Shown piece after piece: positions 20,389-30,134 of a stretch of 64,000 nt of DNA (positions are counted from its first letter, which is position 1; each line of letters starts with the position of its first letter). The stretch is from assembly GCA_963775425.1 (NCBI GenBank), contig CAVZJB010000011.1, forward strand, positions 256,001 to 320,000, read 5' to 3'. Source of the stretch: an uncultured delta proteobacterium (GTDB lineage Bacteria; Myxococcota; UBA727; VGSZ01). The position numbers and the translations under genes are program-made. Below the pieces are notes generated by a model. The model saw nothing but the letters and a program-made list of their open reading frames with translations, was not told the DNA's origin and did no database searches.

Positions 20389-22623
20389 ATGAGCGAGACC
20401 CAGGACCTGGCAGAGTTGGAGATGGCGTTTGCGAAGGACCCTTCGCAGTTCGTCGCGTTGACCACGGCGTACATCCACCATGGCCGCTTCATGGAGGCCA
20501 TGGTCGTCTGCAAGAAGGGCATCAAGCAGCAGCCCGACAACGCCGAGGGCCGCCTGCTCCTCGCCCGCGTGTATTCGGAGCAGGGCAAGGTCCCGAAGGC
20601 GATGGACGAGCTGAAGGCGCTGCTGGAGCAGAAGCCGGAGGTCGCCGAGGCCCACTTCTTCTATGGCCAGATGCTCGAAAAGACGGGCAAGTTCGAAGAG
20701 GCCATCGAGAGCTTCAAGGAAGCCCTCCGCAAGGACAGAGGCCACGAGGCCGCGTCCGCCGCGCTCAAGGCCAAGGGCGTCGACTGGAGCCCGGGCCCCT
20801 CCCCGGAGGAGATCGCGGCGGCCGAGGCGGCCAAGCGCGAGGCGGAGGAGGCCGAGAAGCGCCGGCTGCAAGAGGAGTCCAGGAAGGCCGAGGAGGAGTG
20901 GAAGGCGGAGGAGGCGCGCAAGGCCGCCGCCGCCCAGCAGTCCGCGCCGTCCGCCTCCCGGGGCGGCCGGCGCCCCACGCCGCACACCACGTCGTCGCCG
21001 GCGCCCGCGTTCCCCGCGGATCCGATGTACCAGAGCGCCGCCGGCGCCTACGGCATGTTCTCGGGCCCGGTGCCCGTGGCCTCGGCGGGCAAGCGCCTCG
21101 GCCCCGGCTTCACCTTCGGCCTCGGCGCGCTGCTGCTCCTCGTCGTCGCCGTGGTGATCGCGGGCCTCGCCGTGCACAAGAGCCACCAGGACAAGATCCG
21201 GGTGAGCTGGCAGTCGGCCAAGAACGCCATCAAGTCGGACACCTCCAAGGGCCACCGCGAGGGCCTGCGTTACCTCGAAGAGGCGCTGCAGGTGGACGAC
21301 GGTGAGCCCGACGTCGTCGCCGCCTACGCCTACTCGCTGGCCACGCTCGCCTGGGAGCGCGGCGACCGCGACCTCGACGCCAAGGCCAAGGCCGCCCTGA
21401 AGCGGGCGATGAAGGTGGCCGAGGACAAGCCCGGCTCCATCGCCGCCAAGATGATGGCGCTGCGCAACGAGGGCAAGCCCGACGAGGCCCTTGCGCTCGC
21501 CAAGAAGCTCGGGCCGGACGAGGGCTTGCCCATCCAGGTGCGCGCGCAGCTCGGGCGCACCTATGCGTCGCTCGGCAAGGTGCCCGAGATGCTCAAGGTC
21601 GCCGACAGCCTGAAGACCATCCCCGACGCCATGGCGCTCACCTTCGTCGGCATGGCCTACCGCCGCATCGGCGACCACGGCCGCGCCAGAAACGCCCTCG
21701 ACGGCGCCATCAAGAACGACCTCGACCACGATCCCGCGCGCGCGCTGCGGGCGCTCACCATCCTCGAGGACGACGACGTCACCAACCTCAACGTCGCCAT
21801 CGACGACCTGAACACGCTCAAGGAGCTCGGCAAGGACGCCGTGGGCACCAAGCAGCGCGGCTACGCCAGCCTCGGCCTCGCCCTCGTCGGCGACCGCCTC
21901 GGGCGCGATCACCGCGAAAACGAGCGCGAGCTCGGCCTCGCCAAGAGCGTGCTCGGCAGCGATCCGGAACTGCCCCTGTTCGAGGCCAAGCGGGCGATGA
22001 GCTTCGATCCGCCCGACTACGCCAAGGCCATCGAGCTCGCCCAGAGCGCCATCAAGGACGATCGGGTGCGCCTCGCGCCGTACCTCGTCATCGTCGACGC
22101 CGGCGCCCACTCGCACAACTTCGGCGCGGCCGAGAAGGCCCTCACCGACGCCCAGGCGGTGTTCGGCGACAACCTCGAGATCGGGCTCGCCAAGGGCGAT
22201 CTCCTGTCGCGCCAGGGCAAGTTCGACGAGGCGGTGGCCGCGCTCAAGGCCATGCTCGCCGCCCACGACCAGGCCGAGGTCTACCGCCAGATCGGCGTGG
22301 TCTTCCTGCGCGCCGACAAGATGAACGACGCCGTGGACTGGTTGAAGAAGGCCGCCGACAAGGCCGGCAGCCGCTCGCCCGCGGTGCAGGCCAACGTCTA
22401 CACCTGGCTCGGGAAGGCCTACGCCAAGGCCGGCGACCACGCCAACGCCGTGGAGATCTTCGGCAAGTCCTTGAACGCCACCGCCGAGTACTCGTCGACG
22501 TACCTCTACCTCGCCGCCAGCGAGAAGGCGCTCGGCAACATGGCCAAGGCGCAGCTCGCCTGTAAGAGCTACGCCCGCGCCGAGCCCGGCAACGCCGACC
22601 AGTGCGCGCGCCTCCTCCAGTAG
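20389..22623 (+). CDS. TPR-containing bitopic membrane protein
   Basis: N-terminal TPRs, coiled/Pro-rich linker, TM 'LGALLLLVVAVVIAGLAV', C-terminal TPR array. Confidence 0.85.
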   Translation: MSETQDLAELEMAFAKDPSQFVALTTAYIHHGRFMEAMVVCKKGIKQQPDNAEGRLLLARVYSEQGKVPKAMDELKALLEQKPEVAEAHFFYGQMLEKTGKFEEAIESFKEALRKDRGHEAASAALKAKGVDWSPGPSPEEIAAAEAAKREAEEAEKRRLQEESRKAEEEWKAEEARKAAAAQQSAPSASRGGRRPTPHTTSSPAPAFPADPMYQSAAGAYGMFSGPVPVASAGKRLGPGFTFGLGALLLLVVAVVIAGLAVHKSHQDKIRVSWQSAKNAIKSDTSKGHREGLRYLEEALQVDDGEPDVVAAYAYSLATLAWERGDRDLDAKAKAALKRAMKVAEDKPGSIAAKMMALRNEGKPDEALALAKKLGPDEGLPIQVRAQLGRTYASLGKVPEMLKVADSLKTIPDAMALTFVGMAYRRIGDHGRARNALDGAIKNDLDHDPARALRALTILEDDDVTNLNVAIDDLNTLKELGKDAVGTKQRGYASLGLALVGDRLGRDHRENERELGLAKSVLGSDPELPLFEAKRAMSFDPPDYAKAIELAQSAIKDDRVRLAPYLVIVDAGAHSHNFGAAEKALTDAQAVFGDNLEIGLAKGDLLSRQGKFDEAVAALKAMLAAHDQAEVYRQIGVVFLRADKMNDAVDWLKKAADKAGSRSPAVQANVYTWLGKAYAKAGDHANAVEIFGKSLNATAEYSSTYLYLAASEKALGNMAKAQLACKSYARAEPGNADQCARLLQ

Positions 22624-22717
22624 GGCGGGGGCTCGTCCGGCCTTGGAAGGCGCTCGTAGGGCGGGGGCTCGTCCCCGGCCTTGGAAGGCGCTCGTAGGGC
22701 GGGGGCTTGTCCCCCGC
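22620..22717 (+). repeat. Cluster of three GTAG-type REP-like palindromes in direct tandem
   Basis: gtagggcgggggct(c/t)gtcc.. three times (36-38 bp period); third copy forms the hairpin gcggggg-cttgt-cccccgc. Confidence 0.75.
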
Positions 22718-22734
22718 ATCGGAGGGAACGCCCG

Positions 22735-23277
22735 GTGAGCCTCGACGACCTCCTCAAGTCCGCGCGCGCCGCCGTCCGCCACGAGCACCCCGCGGCGGCG
22801 ATCAAGGACCTCGAGGACGCGCTCCTCCTGTTGCGCAAGGACGCGGCGCTCGACATCCGCGAGGCCGTCCCCGTAAACCACGACCACACCGGCATCGGCC
22901 TGTACACCCCGGCGGAAAACGGCGTCGTCGACGGCCGGCGCGTGCGGCTCTACGTCGAGGTCGCCAACTTCACGCTCGCCGCCGTCGGCCCCGCGGTCGG
23001 CCACGCCCAGCTCGACGTCACCGGCGACTTCTCGTTCGAGGACCCGGCGCTGCCCAAGGACGACAAGGGCGGCCCCGGCCTCAAGCCGCTGCAGAAGGGC
23101 GTCTCCCTCGGGACGCAGGCCTTCGACACCCGCACGCCCCTCGGGGTGACGTCGTTCGGCGTCGAGATCGGACTTGGAGACAAGTCCCCCGCCGGCGGCT
23201 ACCGCGTCCTGGTCCGCGTCCGCGACGCCATCGGCAACAAGACCGCCACGCGCGAAGCCCGCTTCGTCTTGCGCTGA
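22735..23277 (+). CDS. Hypothetical protein (beta-sandwich-like)
   Basis: GGAGG RBS before GTG 22735; coding-like composition. Confidence 0.65.
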   Translation: MSLDDLLKSARAAVRHEHPAAAIKDLEDALLLLRKDAALDIREAVPVNHDHTGIGLYTPAENGVVDGRRVRLYVEVANFTLAAVGPAVGHAQLDVTGDFSFEDPALPKDDKGGPGLKPLQKGVSLGTQAFDTRTPLGVTSFGVEIGLGDKSPAGGYRVLVRVRDAIGNKTATREARFVLR

Positions 23278-23400
23278 AGCAGCGACACGACGGTGTCGTC
23301 ATCATCGGCCCGATGTCCGGAGCGGCCGCGCTTGGTCGGCTGACAGACCGACGGTCGAGGGTCCGAGCGTCGCGGACCGGCCGGTCCCGAAAATGAAAGC

Positions 23401-24432
23401 ATGACCTCCGTCACCGCCCATCGCTCCCGCACGGCTCCCTCCATCACGACCGCCGAGGACCAGCCTGGGCACAGTCTGCAAAAGGATCAGCAGGGCCAAG
23501 GCGTCGCCGAGCTGCAGAAGTTGTTGAACACCGCGGGCGCCAGCCTCGCCGTCGACGGCGACTTCGGCCCCAAGACGGATCGCGCGGTCCGCGCCTTCCA
23601 GCGCGGCCACGGGCTCGCGGTGGACGGCAAGGCGGGCATGCACACGCTCCACGCCCTCCGCGCCGCCGCCGCCGCCGCAGGCCACGGCGATCACACCGTC
23701 GGCGCGCTGCGCGCCCCCACCGACGCCGAGCGCACCTCGCGCCCGTCGGGCAGCGTCCGCGCGGGAGACATGCAGGACGCCCAGCGCCGCACCACGGGCT
23801 TCTCGCCGGCGCAGGGCAGGGCCGCGGGCCGCTTCTCGACGAGCAAGGCCACGCGCGAGGCGCAGGCCGAGCAGCTCCTGAAAAAGCAGGGCGTGGCGCT
23901 CAAGGAGGGTCACACCTACGTGCTTCAGATCGATCAAGACCCGCCGAAGCGCGCGTCGTCGTCCTTCATGCGCAGCTACACGGGGCAGACCGTGGTGATG
24001 CAGGCCCACGGCGGGACGCTCCAGGAGGTCGGCGGTCCGTACAAGAGCTCGAGCCACCCGGCGCAGCTCCGCCCCGTCGGCAGCGACGGCGTCCCCGGCA
24101 CGGCCTTCATTCGGCCCGGCGCGTACGAGTACACCAAGTCGACGCACGTCCATCACGGCAAGGAGCGCTTCGACCCGCTCGAGAACATGCCCGCCGCGCG
24201 CGACCTCAACCACGACGGCACCATCACCGGCAGCGAGAACGACAAGCACTACACCGCCGGCGCCATCCAGTGGCACCCGGGCAACTCCTCGAGCCCCTCG
24301 TCGACGGGTTGTCAGAACATCGACCCGTCGCAGTGGCAGTCGTTCCGCGCGGCGGTGAAGGCCGGCGGCGGCACGTTCACCTACGTGCTCGCGCGCCGCC
24401 CCAACGACGTCACCGGCGCGAACCCGTTCTAG
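23401..24432 (+). CDS. Peptidoglycan-binding domain protein with a putative H..SxGC catalytic C-terminal domain
   Basis: 'GQGVAELQKLL...VDGDFGPKTDRAVRAFQ..GLAVDGKAG' (PG_binding_1 type); C-terminal 'RDLNHDG...QWHPGNSSSPSSTGCQ'. Confidence 0.8.
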   Translation: MTSVTAHRSRTAPSITTAEDQPGHSLQKDQQGQGVAELQKLLNTAGASLAVDGDFGPKTDRAVRAFQRGHGLAVDGKAGMHTLHALRAAAAAAGHGDHTVGALRAPTDAERTSRPSGSVRAGDMQDAQRRTTGFSPAQGRAAGRFSTSKATREAQAEQLLKKQGVALKEGHTYVLQIDQDPPKRASSSFMRSYTGQTVVMQAHGGTLQEVGGPYKSSSHPAQLRPVGSDGVPGTAFIRPGAYEYTKSTHVHHGKERFDPLENMPAARDLNHDGTITGSENDKHYTAGAIQWHPGNSSSPSSTGCQNIDPSQWQSFRAAVKAGGGTFTYVLARRPNDVTGANPF

Positions 24433-24436
24433 CGGG

Positions 24437-25960
24437 TCACTCGCGGTACGGCGCGGGGAGGTCGCCTTCCGTGGCGCCGGGCTGCAGGAGCTCGACGAGG
24501 CGGCCGTCCTTGTGGACCTGCTTGAGGGCGTCGACGACGACGGGGTCGAGGTGGCGGCCGACGGCGCCCGCCATGATCTCGAACGCTTCCTCGGGCTCGC
24601 TGCCGCGGCGGTAGGGCCGCGTGGAGGTGAGCGCGTCGAGGACGTCGCTCGCCGACACCACGCGCACCTCCATGGGGATCTGGATGGCCGTCAGGCGGTC
24701 GGGGTAGCCGGTGCCGTCGAGCTTCTCGTGGTGCCCGCGCACGATGGGCAGGATGCACTGGAACTGCTCGACGTCGCCGAGGAGCCTGGCGCCGATGGTG
24801 GTGTGCGTCTTGATGATCTCGAACTCGTCGCCCGTGAGGCGCGCGGGCTTCAAGAGCACGGAGTCGCGAACGCCGATCTTGCCGATGTCGTGCAGCAGCG
24901 CGCCCATGCGCACGACGTCGAGGACGTCGGGCTCCATGCCGAGTGCCTGGCCGCAGCGCACGCTGATGGCGGCGACGCGGTCGGTGTGGCCGGCTGTGTA
25001 GCTGTCGCGCGCTTCGAGCGCCCGGATCATGGCGTTCAAGAGCTTGACCTGCTCGCTCTCCACGCGCCGCCGCGCCAGCGCGAGCTCGCGGTTGGCGACG
25101 ATGAGATCGAAGGTGAGCCGGCGCATGTCGCGGGACGCGCGGGGACCCGCGGCGGCGCGCTCGATGCGCTTGGCGAGCGCGATGTCGTCGGGATAGGGCT
25201 CGGCGACGTAGTCGACGGCGCCGACCTCGAGCGCGAGCATGGCCTCGTCGAGGCGGGGCTGGCCGTCGACGATCATCACCGCCGTGGCTTCGTCCATGGT
25301 GTGCGCGAGCCGGGCGAGGGCGCGCACGTCGACGCCGGGGCCCGCGAGCAGGACGGCGACGTCGGCGGGGGCGCGCATCAGCGCGTCGGGCATGTCCTCG
25401 GCGCGGGTGACGCGCACGGTGTGGAAGCCGCGCAGCTTGGCCGCCTCCTGCACGCGGTCGCCGCGCGCGCTCAGCTCGCCGTCGGCGGCGCCGAGGATGA
25501 CGACGCGCGTCGCCGCCCGCGTCACCTGCGACGTCTCCTTCACCGCGCGCAGCGTTTGCAGCTCGAGCCGCAGGGCCTGCTCGTTGTGCGCGCGCTCGAC
25601 GAGCGCGAGGATGGCGCGCCGCACCTCCACCGGCCGCAAAGGCTTGGTGTAGAAGCGGTGGATCTCGCCGGCGTTGATGGCGTACATCGCGCGCTCGGTG
25701 TCGTTGGACGCCGTCATCAAGACGCGGGGCACGTCGGGGTAGAGGTTCTTGGCGCGCTCGAGCACCTGGGTGCCGGTGGCGCCGGGCATCATCTCGTCGA
25801 TGATCATGGCCGCGGGCCGCACGCGCTCCAGGAAGCGCAGGGCCTCCTGGCCGTCGGCGGCCGCCACCACACGGAAGTCGTGGGCGAACGCGCGCGTCAG
25901 CATGTCGCGGATGCCGGCGTCGTCGTCGGCGATCAGGATCTCGTGGAGGGGGGAGGCCAT
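24437..25960 (-). CDS. Response regulator with two REC-like domains and an HD-GYP c-di-GMP phosphodiesterase domain
   Basis: 'ILIADDD', 'IIDEMMPG', 'RDSYTAGH', 'LLHDIGK', 'HHEKLDGTGYP'. Confidence 0.92.
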   Translation of the reverse strand: MASPLHEILIADDDAGIRDMLTRAFAHDFRVVAAADGQEALRFLERVRPAAMIIDEMMPGATGTQVLERAKNLYPDVPRVLMTASNDTERAMYAINAGEIHRFYTKPLRPVEVRRAILALVERAHNEQALRLELQTLRAVKETSQVTRAATRVVILGAADGELSARGDRVQEAAKLRGFHTVRVTRAEDMPDALMRAPADVAVLLAGPGVDVRALARLAHTMDEATAVMIVDGQPRLDEAMLALEVGAVDYVAEPYPDDIALAKRIERAAAGPRASRDMRRLTFDLIVANRELALARRRVESEQVKLLNAMIRALEARDSYTAGHTDRVAAISVRCGQALGMEPDVLDVVRMGALLHDIGKIGVRDSVLLKPARLTGDEFEIIKTHTTIGARLLGDVEQFQCILPIVRGHHEKLDGTGYPDRLTAIQIPMEVRVVSASDVLDALTSTRPYRRGSEPEEAFEIMAGAVGRHLDPVVVDALKQVHKDGRLVELLQPGATEGDLPAPYRE

Positions 25961-25989
25961 AGGGGTGGGGCGCTGTTGTTAACCGAGCT

Positions 25990-26685
25990 TCACCAATTGC
26001 GGAAGACCTGCTCAGGCCCGACGCCGCGCGCGAGCAGCGCGGCGGAGACGTCGCGGTCCATCTCGGGCAGGCCGCACACGAACGCGACGACGGCCTCGGG
26101 GCGCTCGAACGCCTTGGGCAGGTGCTCCTGGACATAGCCGGTGCGGCCGTCCCAGCCGCCGCTCTTCGGGCGGCTCACCGTCGGGACGACGCGGACGCCG
26201 TGGCCGGCCCAGTCGCCGTAGCGCTGCGTGAAGACGAGCTCGTCGGGGTCACGCACGCCGTACAGCAGGGTGATGGGCCCGATGTCGTTGCGGCGTGGCA
26301 GCACGTGCTCGATGACCGCGCGCAGCGGCGCGACGCCGGAGCCGACGGCGAACAGCCACAGCTCCTTGCCCGCGGCTTTGTCGACGGGAAAGCCCTTGCC
26401 CTGCGGCCGCCCCATCTGCACGCGATCGCCGGGCCCGAGGTCGAGCGCGGGCCCCACGCGCTCCTCGGGGAGCTTCAGGAGGAACTCGAAGCGGCCGCCG
26501 TTGCCCGGCGGCGAGGCGATGGCGTACGGGCGGGGGACGCCGCCCTCCTCGAACGCCAGCTTGGCGTACTGCCCCGACGCGGTGTGGGCGTCGACGAACG
26601 CGGGGTGCTCGAGCGTGAGGAGCACCTGGCGCGATCCGGCGAGCTTGGACTCGACGACGGGGACGGACGCGTGGGGATCGGGCAC
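25990..26685 (-). CDS. Ferredoxin-NADP reductase-like FAD/NAD-binding oxidoreductase
   Basis: 'GQY', 'RPYAIAS', 'AVGSGVAP', 'LLYGVR', 'FVCG..EM'. Confidence 0.85.
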   Translation of the reverse strand: MPDPHASVPVVESKLAGSRQVLLTLEHPAFVDAHTASGQYAKLAFEEGGVPRPYAIASPPGNGGRFEFLLKLPEERVGPALDLGPGDRVQMGRPQGKGFPVDKAAGKELWLFAVGSGVAPLRAVIEHVLPRRNDIGPITLLYGVRDPDELVFTQRYGDWAGHGVRVVPTVSRPKSGGWDGRTGYVQEHLPKAFERPEAVVAFVCGLPEMDRDVSAALLARGVGPEQVFRNW

Positions 26686-26802
26686 GTCGCATTCCTAGCA
26701 TGTCGAGGCCGCCGCGGGGCGCGGATCGGAGTGCGCGCGCGGCTCCCGTGCGCGCCGTGGCCCTTGCCCCTCCGCCGCGGGTTCCGCTGTATGGTGCGCG
26801 CC

Positions 26803-27864
26803 ATGCCGGCCAAGAAGATGCGCAAGAAGTCCGCCGCGACCTCTTCCCGAAAGCGCCCGACGAAGAGCCCCGCCAAGCGCACCACCAAGCGCACCGCCAA
26901 GCGCACCACCACGCGCACGGCGAAGCGAAGCGCGAAGCGGTCGGCACCGCGCGCGGCGCGGGCTCCGGCGAAGCGGATGTCGGCGCCGGCGCAGCGACGC
27001 GTGCTCGAGGTCATCGACAGCGCCAGCGAGGTGCAGGCGCGCATGATGGCGGCGCGGGCGCAGGGGCTCACCGTCGGCTTCGTCCCCACCCTCGGCGCGC
27101 TCCACGCGGGCCACGGTGCGCTCCTCGACGAGGCCCGGCGGCGCGCGGACATCCTGGTCGCCAGCGTCTTCGTCAACCCCAGGCAGTTCGGCGCCACCGA
27201 GGACCTCGCCAAGTACCCGCAGCCCTTCGACGACGACCGCAGGCTCTGCGACGCGTGCGGCGTCGACGTGCTGTTTCATCCGAGCGTCGACGAGGTCTAC
27301 CCGGCCGGCTTCGACACCACCGTGAAGGCGGGGGCGCTCGGGGGCTTCCTCGAGGGCGCGGCTCGTCCGGGCCACTTCGACGGCGTGCTCACCGTGGTGC
27401 TCGCGCTCTTTCACGTCGTGCAGCCGCACTTCACCATGTTCGGCGAGAAGGACTACCAGCAGCTCACGTTGGTGCGGCGCATGGTGCGCGACCTCCACCT
27501 CCCCGTGGAGATCGTCCCCATGCCGGTCATCCGCGACGTGGATGGCGTGGCGCTGTCGTCGCGCAACGCCTACCTCTCGCCCGACGACCGCAAGCGCGCG
27601 ACGGCGCTGTACCACGCGCTGATGGCGGCGCAGGACGAAGCCCAGCGCGGCGTCGTCGAGGCCGAGCGCTTCGTGCGCGCGGCGCGGGCGGTGCTCGATC
27701 AGGAGCCCGGCGTGGACGTCGACTACGTCGTGGTGCGCGACCCCAGGACCCTCGAGCCCGTCGAGGATCTCGATGCCGGCGCGCGCCTCCTCCTGGCGGC
27801 CAAGGTGGGCGGCGTCCGCCTCATCGACAACGGTCCGCTGTTCGCAGGCGTCCGGTACCCGTGA
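26803..27864 (+). CDS. panC: Pantoate-beta-alanine ligase with a basic N-terminal extension
   Basis: 'FVPTLGALHAGH', 'SVFVNPRQF', 'RPGHFDGV', 'FGEKDYQQ', 'GVALSSRN', 'RLIDN'. Confidence 0.95.
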   Translation: MPAKKMRKKSAATSSRKRPTKSPAKRTTKRTAKRTTTRTAKRSAKRSAPRAARAPAKRMSAPAQRRVLEVIDSASEVQARMMAARAQGLTVGFVPTLGALHAGHGALLDEARRRADILVASVFVNPRQFGATEDLAKYPQPFDDDRRLCDACGVDVLFHPSVDEVYPAGFDTTVKAGALGGFLEGAARPGHFDGVLTVVLALFHVVQPHFTMFGEKDYQQLTLVRRMVRDLHLPVEIVPMPVIRDVDGVALSSRNAYLSPDDRKRATALYHALMAAQDEAQRGVVEAERFVRAARAVLDQEPGVDVDYVVVRDPRTLEPVEDLDAGARLLLAAKVGGVRLIDNGPLFAGVRYP

Positions 27865-28057
27865 TCTGCCCCTCGGGTCGCTGATCAGTGCGGCCGCTCC
27901 CTCCGGTCGCTGAACAGCGCGGCCGCTCCCGGCCCGTGCCGCGCGTGGCCCTCGTCGCTGTGTCCTCGGGCCGACGGCGTGGGCCGCCTGGCGCAGGCTT
28001 CGACCCACAGGCGGGGCGCCTCTTCGTTTTCGCGGGTTTCCCGGATACAAAGATCGA

Positions 28058-29587
28058 ATGGTGGCGCGGAGCCCCTCCCGCTCGTCGGCGAAGCGCCCGG
28101 TGCTGTACCAGCTGTGCCGGGCCGGCGAGATCTTCGAGGTCGGCGACGGCCCCACCGCCCTGGGCGCCGGCACGCTCCTCATCGGGCGCGGCGACCCGCG
28201 GCGCACCGACGGCGGCGACGGGCGCGTCCTCGTCGACGACCCGTGGATGAGCGGCAGCCACGCCAGGATCACGCCGCTCGAGCGGCCGCCGAGCCGCGTG
28301 GGCACGCACTCGGGGTCGTCGCTGCGGCCGCCGGGTATCCCGAGCCGCTTCGTCGTCGAGGACATGGGCAGCACCAACGGCGTCCTCGTGAACGGCGTCC
28401 CCTCCAAGAAGGCGCCGCTGCTCCACGGCGACCTCGTCGAGACCGGGCGCACGTTCTGGATCTACGTCGAGGAGTCCGCGATGGATCCCATACTCGCGGA
28501 GCCCTTCGAGCTCGGCGGCGTGTCGACGTGGACGCCGTCGTTCGCGCGGCAGCTCGCCGACCTCCTGCCGCGCGTGACGTCATCGGACCACGTGCTGCTC
28601 GTCGGCGCCGAGGGCACCGGCAAGGGCTTCCTCGCGCGCACCATCCACGTCGTCAGTGGGCGCACCGGACGCTTCGTCCACCTCGACTGCCGCGATCGGA
28701 AGAGCAAGCGGCTGCTCGTCGACCTCTTCGGCGACGAGAACCGGAACGGCCGCCTGCGCGACGCCGAGAGCGGCACGCTCTTCATCGAGAACCTCGACGC
28801 GCTCCCCCTCGACGTGCAGGACCGCCTCGCCGAGGTGCTGCGCCGCGCGCGCGCGGGCTCGCGCTCGGGGCTCGCCGCCCGGGTGGTGGCCTCGATGTCG
28901 CCCGGCGTCGACGACGCGCTCGCGCTCGGCGTCGTGCAACCAAGCCTCGTCGACGTCCTCGGCGTCGTGCAGGTGCGCATGCCTTCCCTGTCGCAGCGGC
29001 TGCCGGACCTCGGTCTCCTCCTCGACGACTTCCTCGCCCGCGCCCGCGGCGCGCCCGCCATCTCTCGCGACGCGTGCCGCGCGGTCCTCAAGTACCCCTT
29101 CCGCGCCCACGTGCGCGCCATGGGCCGCTGCATCGAGGCCGCCGCCACCCTCGCGAGCGTCGGCGACGCCAAGGCGCCCGGCGGCCACGCCGGGTCCATC
29201 GAGGTGGTCCACCTCCCCGTCGACGTCGTCGGCCCCGAGCTGCTGCGCGAGCTCGTGCTCGGCGCGGCGCCCGCGGTCGGGCCGGACAACACCAGCGAGC
29301 AGATGGCGTTGAGCACGGGCAGCGAGTCCATCCCCGACGTCTTCGCCGACGACCTGACGGACCCGACGCAGCGACGTGGCCGTCAGCCCACGCCCGCCCA
29401 CGGCGTGAGCCGGGGCGAGCCGCGCAGCGACGAAGGGCAGGTCGACGTCGACGTCGAGAGCATCAGCGCCGCGCTTCGCGCCGCCCACGGCAACGTCTCC
29501 GCCGCCGCCCGCGCCCTCGGCCGCCCGCGCGCCGTGCTGTTGCGCTGGATCCGCGAGCTCGGCATCGACCCCGTCAAGCTGCGTTGA
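28058..29587 (+). CDS. FHA domain plus degenerate sigma-54-activator-like AAA+ domain plus Fis-type HTH
   Basis: FHA 'IGR...MSGSHA...DMGSTNG'; Walker A 'GAEGTGKG'; no GAFTGA; C-terminal 'HGNVSAAARALG'. Confidence 0.85.
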   Translation: MVARSPSRSSAKRPVLYQLCRAGEIFEVGDGPTALGAGTLLIGRGDPRRTDGGDGRVLVDDPWMSGSHARITPLERPPSRVGTHSGSSLRPPGIPSRFVVEDMGSTNGVLVNGVPSKKAPLLHGDLVETGRTFWIYVEESAMDPILAEPFELGGVSTWTPSFARQLADLLPRVTSSDHVLLVGAEGTGKGFLARTIHVVSGRTGRFVHLDCRDRKSKRLLVDLFGDENRNGRLRDAESGTLFIENLDALPLDVQDRLAEVLRRARAGSRSGLAARVVASMSPGVDDALALGVVQPSLVDVLGVVQVRMPSLSQRLPDLGLLLDDFLARARGAPAISRDACRAVLKYPFRAHVRAMGRCIEAAATLASVGDAKAPGGHAGSIEVVHLPVDVVGPELLRELVLGAAPAVGPDNTSEQMALSTGSESIPDVFADDLTDPTQRRGRQPTPAHGVSRGEPRSDEGQVDVDVESISAALRAAHGNVSAAARALGRPRAVLLRWIRELGIDPVKLR

Positions 29588-29657
29588 CCCACATTGCCAC
29601 GCCCTCCGCGCGCGGGGGCAGACGCGCCTCGGGCCACCGATCGGCTACCGTAGCGGC

Positions 29658-30134
29658 GTGCCGCACCCATTCCTCGAGGGCCTCGCGCGCCCGCTGCTCG
29701 TCGTCCACGCGCTCCTCGCCGTGGCCACGCTCGGCTCGAGCGCACACCTCGCGGTGCTCGGCGTGTTGTTGCTGTGGAAGAAGCGGGCGCCGGCGCGGCT
29801 GGTGCGGGTGCACGCGCGCGTGCTCGCGGCGGTGTATGCCGCCACGTTCTCGCTCGGCCTCGTGATCTACCCGGCGTTCCGCGTCCTCGTGCGGGGCCTC
29901 GTCCTCGACCGCGACGCGGCGTGGGCCTCGAACGCCTTCGACTTCAAGGAGGCCATCGTGCTCGCCGGCCTCCCCGTCGTCGCCGCGCTCTTCTTCGCGG
30001 GCCGGCGCTTCGAGCTGCCGCGCGATCGCGAGGCTGCGCCCTTCATCGGCGCGCTCGGCGTGAGCGCGGGCGTGCTCGTCCTCGTCGCCGCCGTCGTCGG
30101 GCTCGTCGTCACGAGCGTGAAGGGGCCGGCGTGA
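29658..30134 (+). CDS. Four-TM membrane protein
   Basis: Hydrophobic helices with His residues ('VVHALL', 'SAHLAV'); first gene of a coupled operon. Confidence 0.7.
   Translation: MPHPFLEGLARPLLVVHALLAVATLGSSAHLAVLGVLLLWKKRAPARLVRVHARVLAAVYAATFSLGLVIYPAFRVLVRGLVLDRDAAWASNAFDFKEAIVLAGLPVVAALFFAGRRFELPRDREAAPFIGALGVSAGVLVLVAAVVGLVVTSVKGPA

Noticed and set aside
22620-22717. Possible mini CRISPR array (36-38 bp period)
   Set aside because: Intervening sequences are identical rather than unique spacers, there are only three units, and no cas genes are present; it fits a REP cluster better
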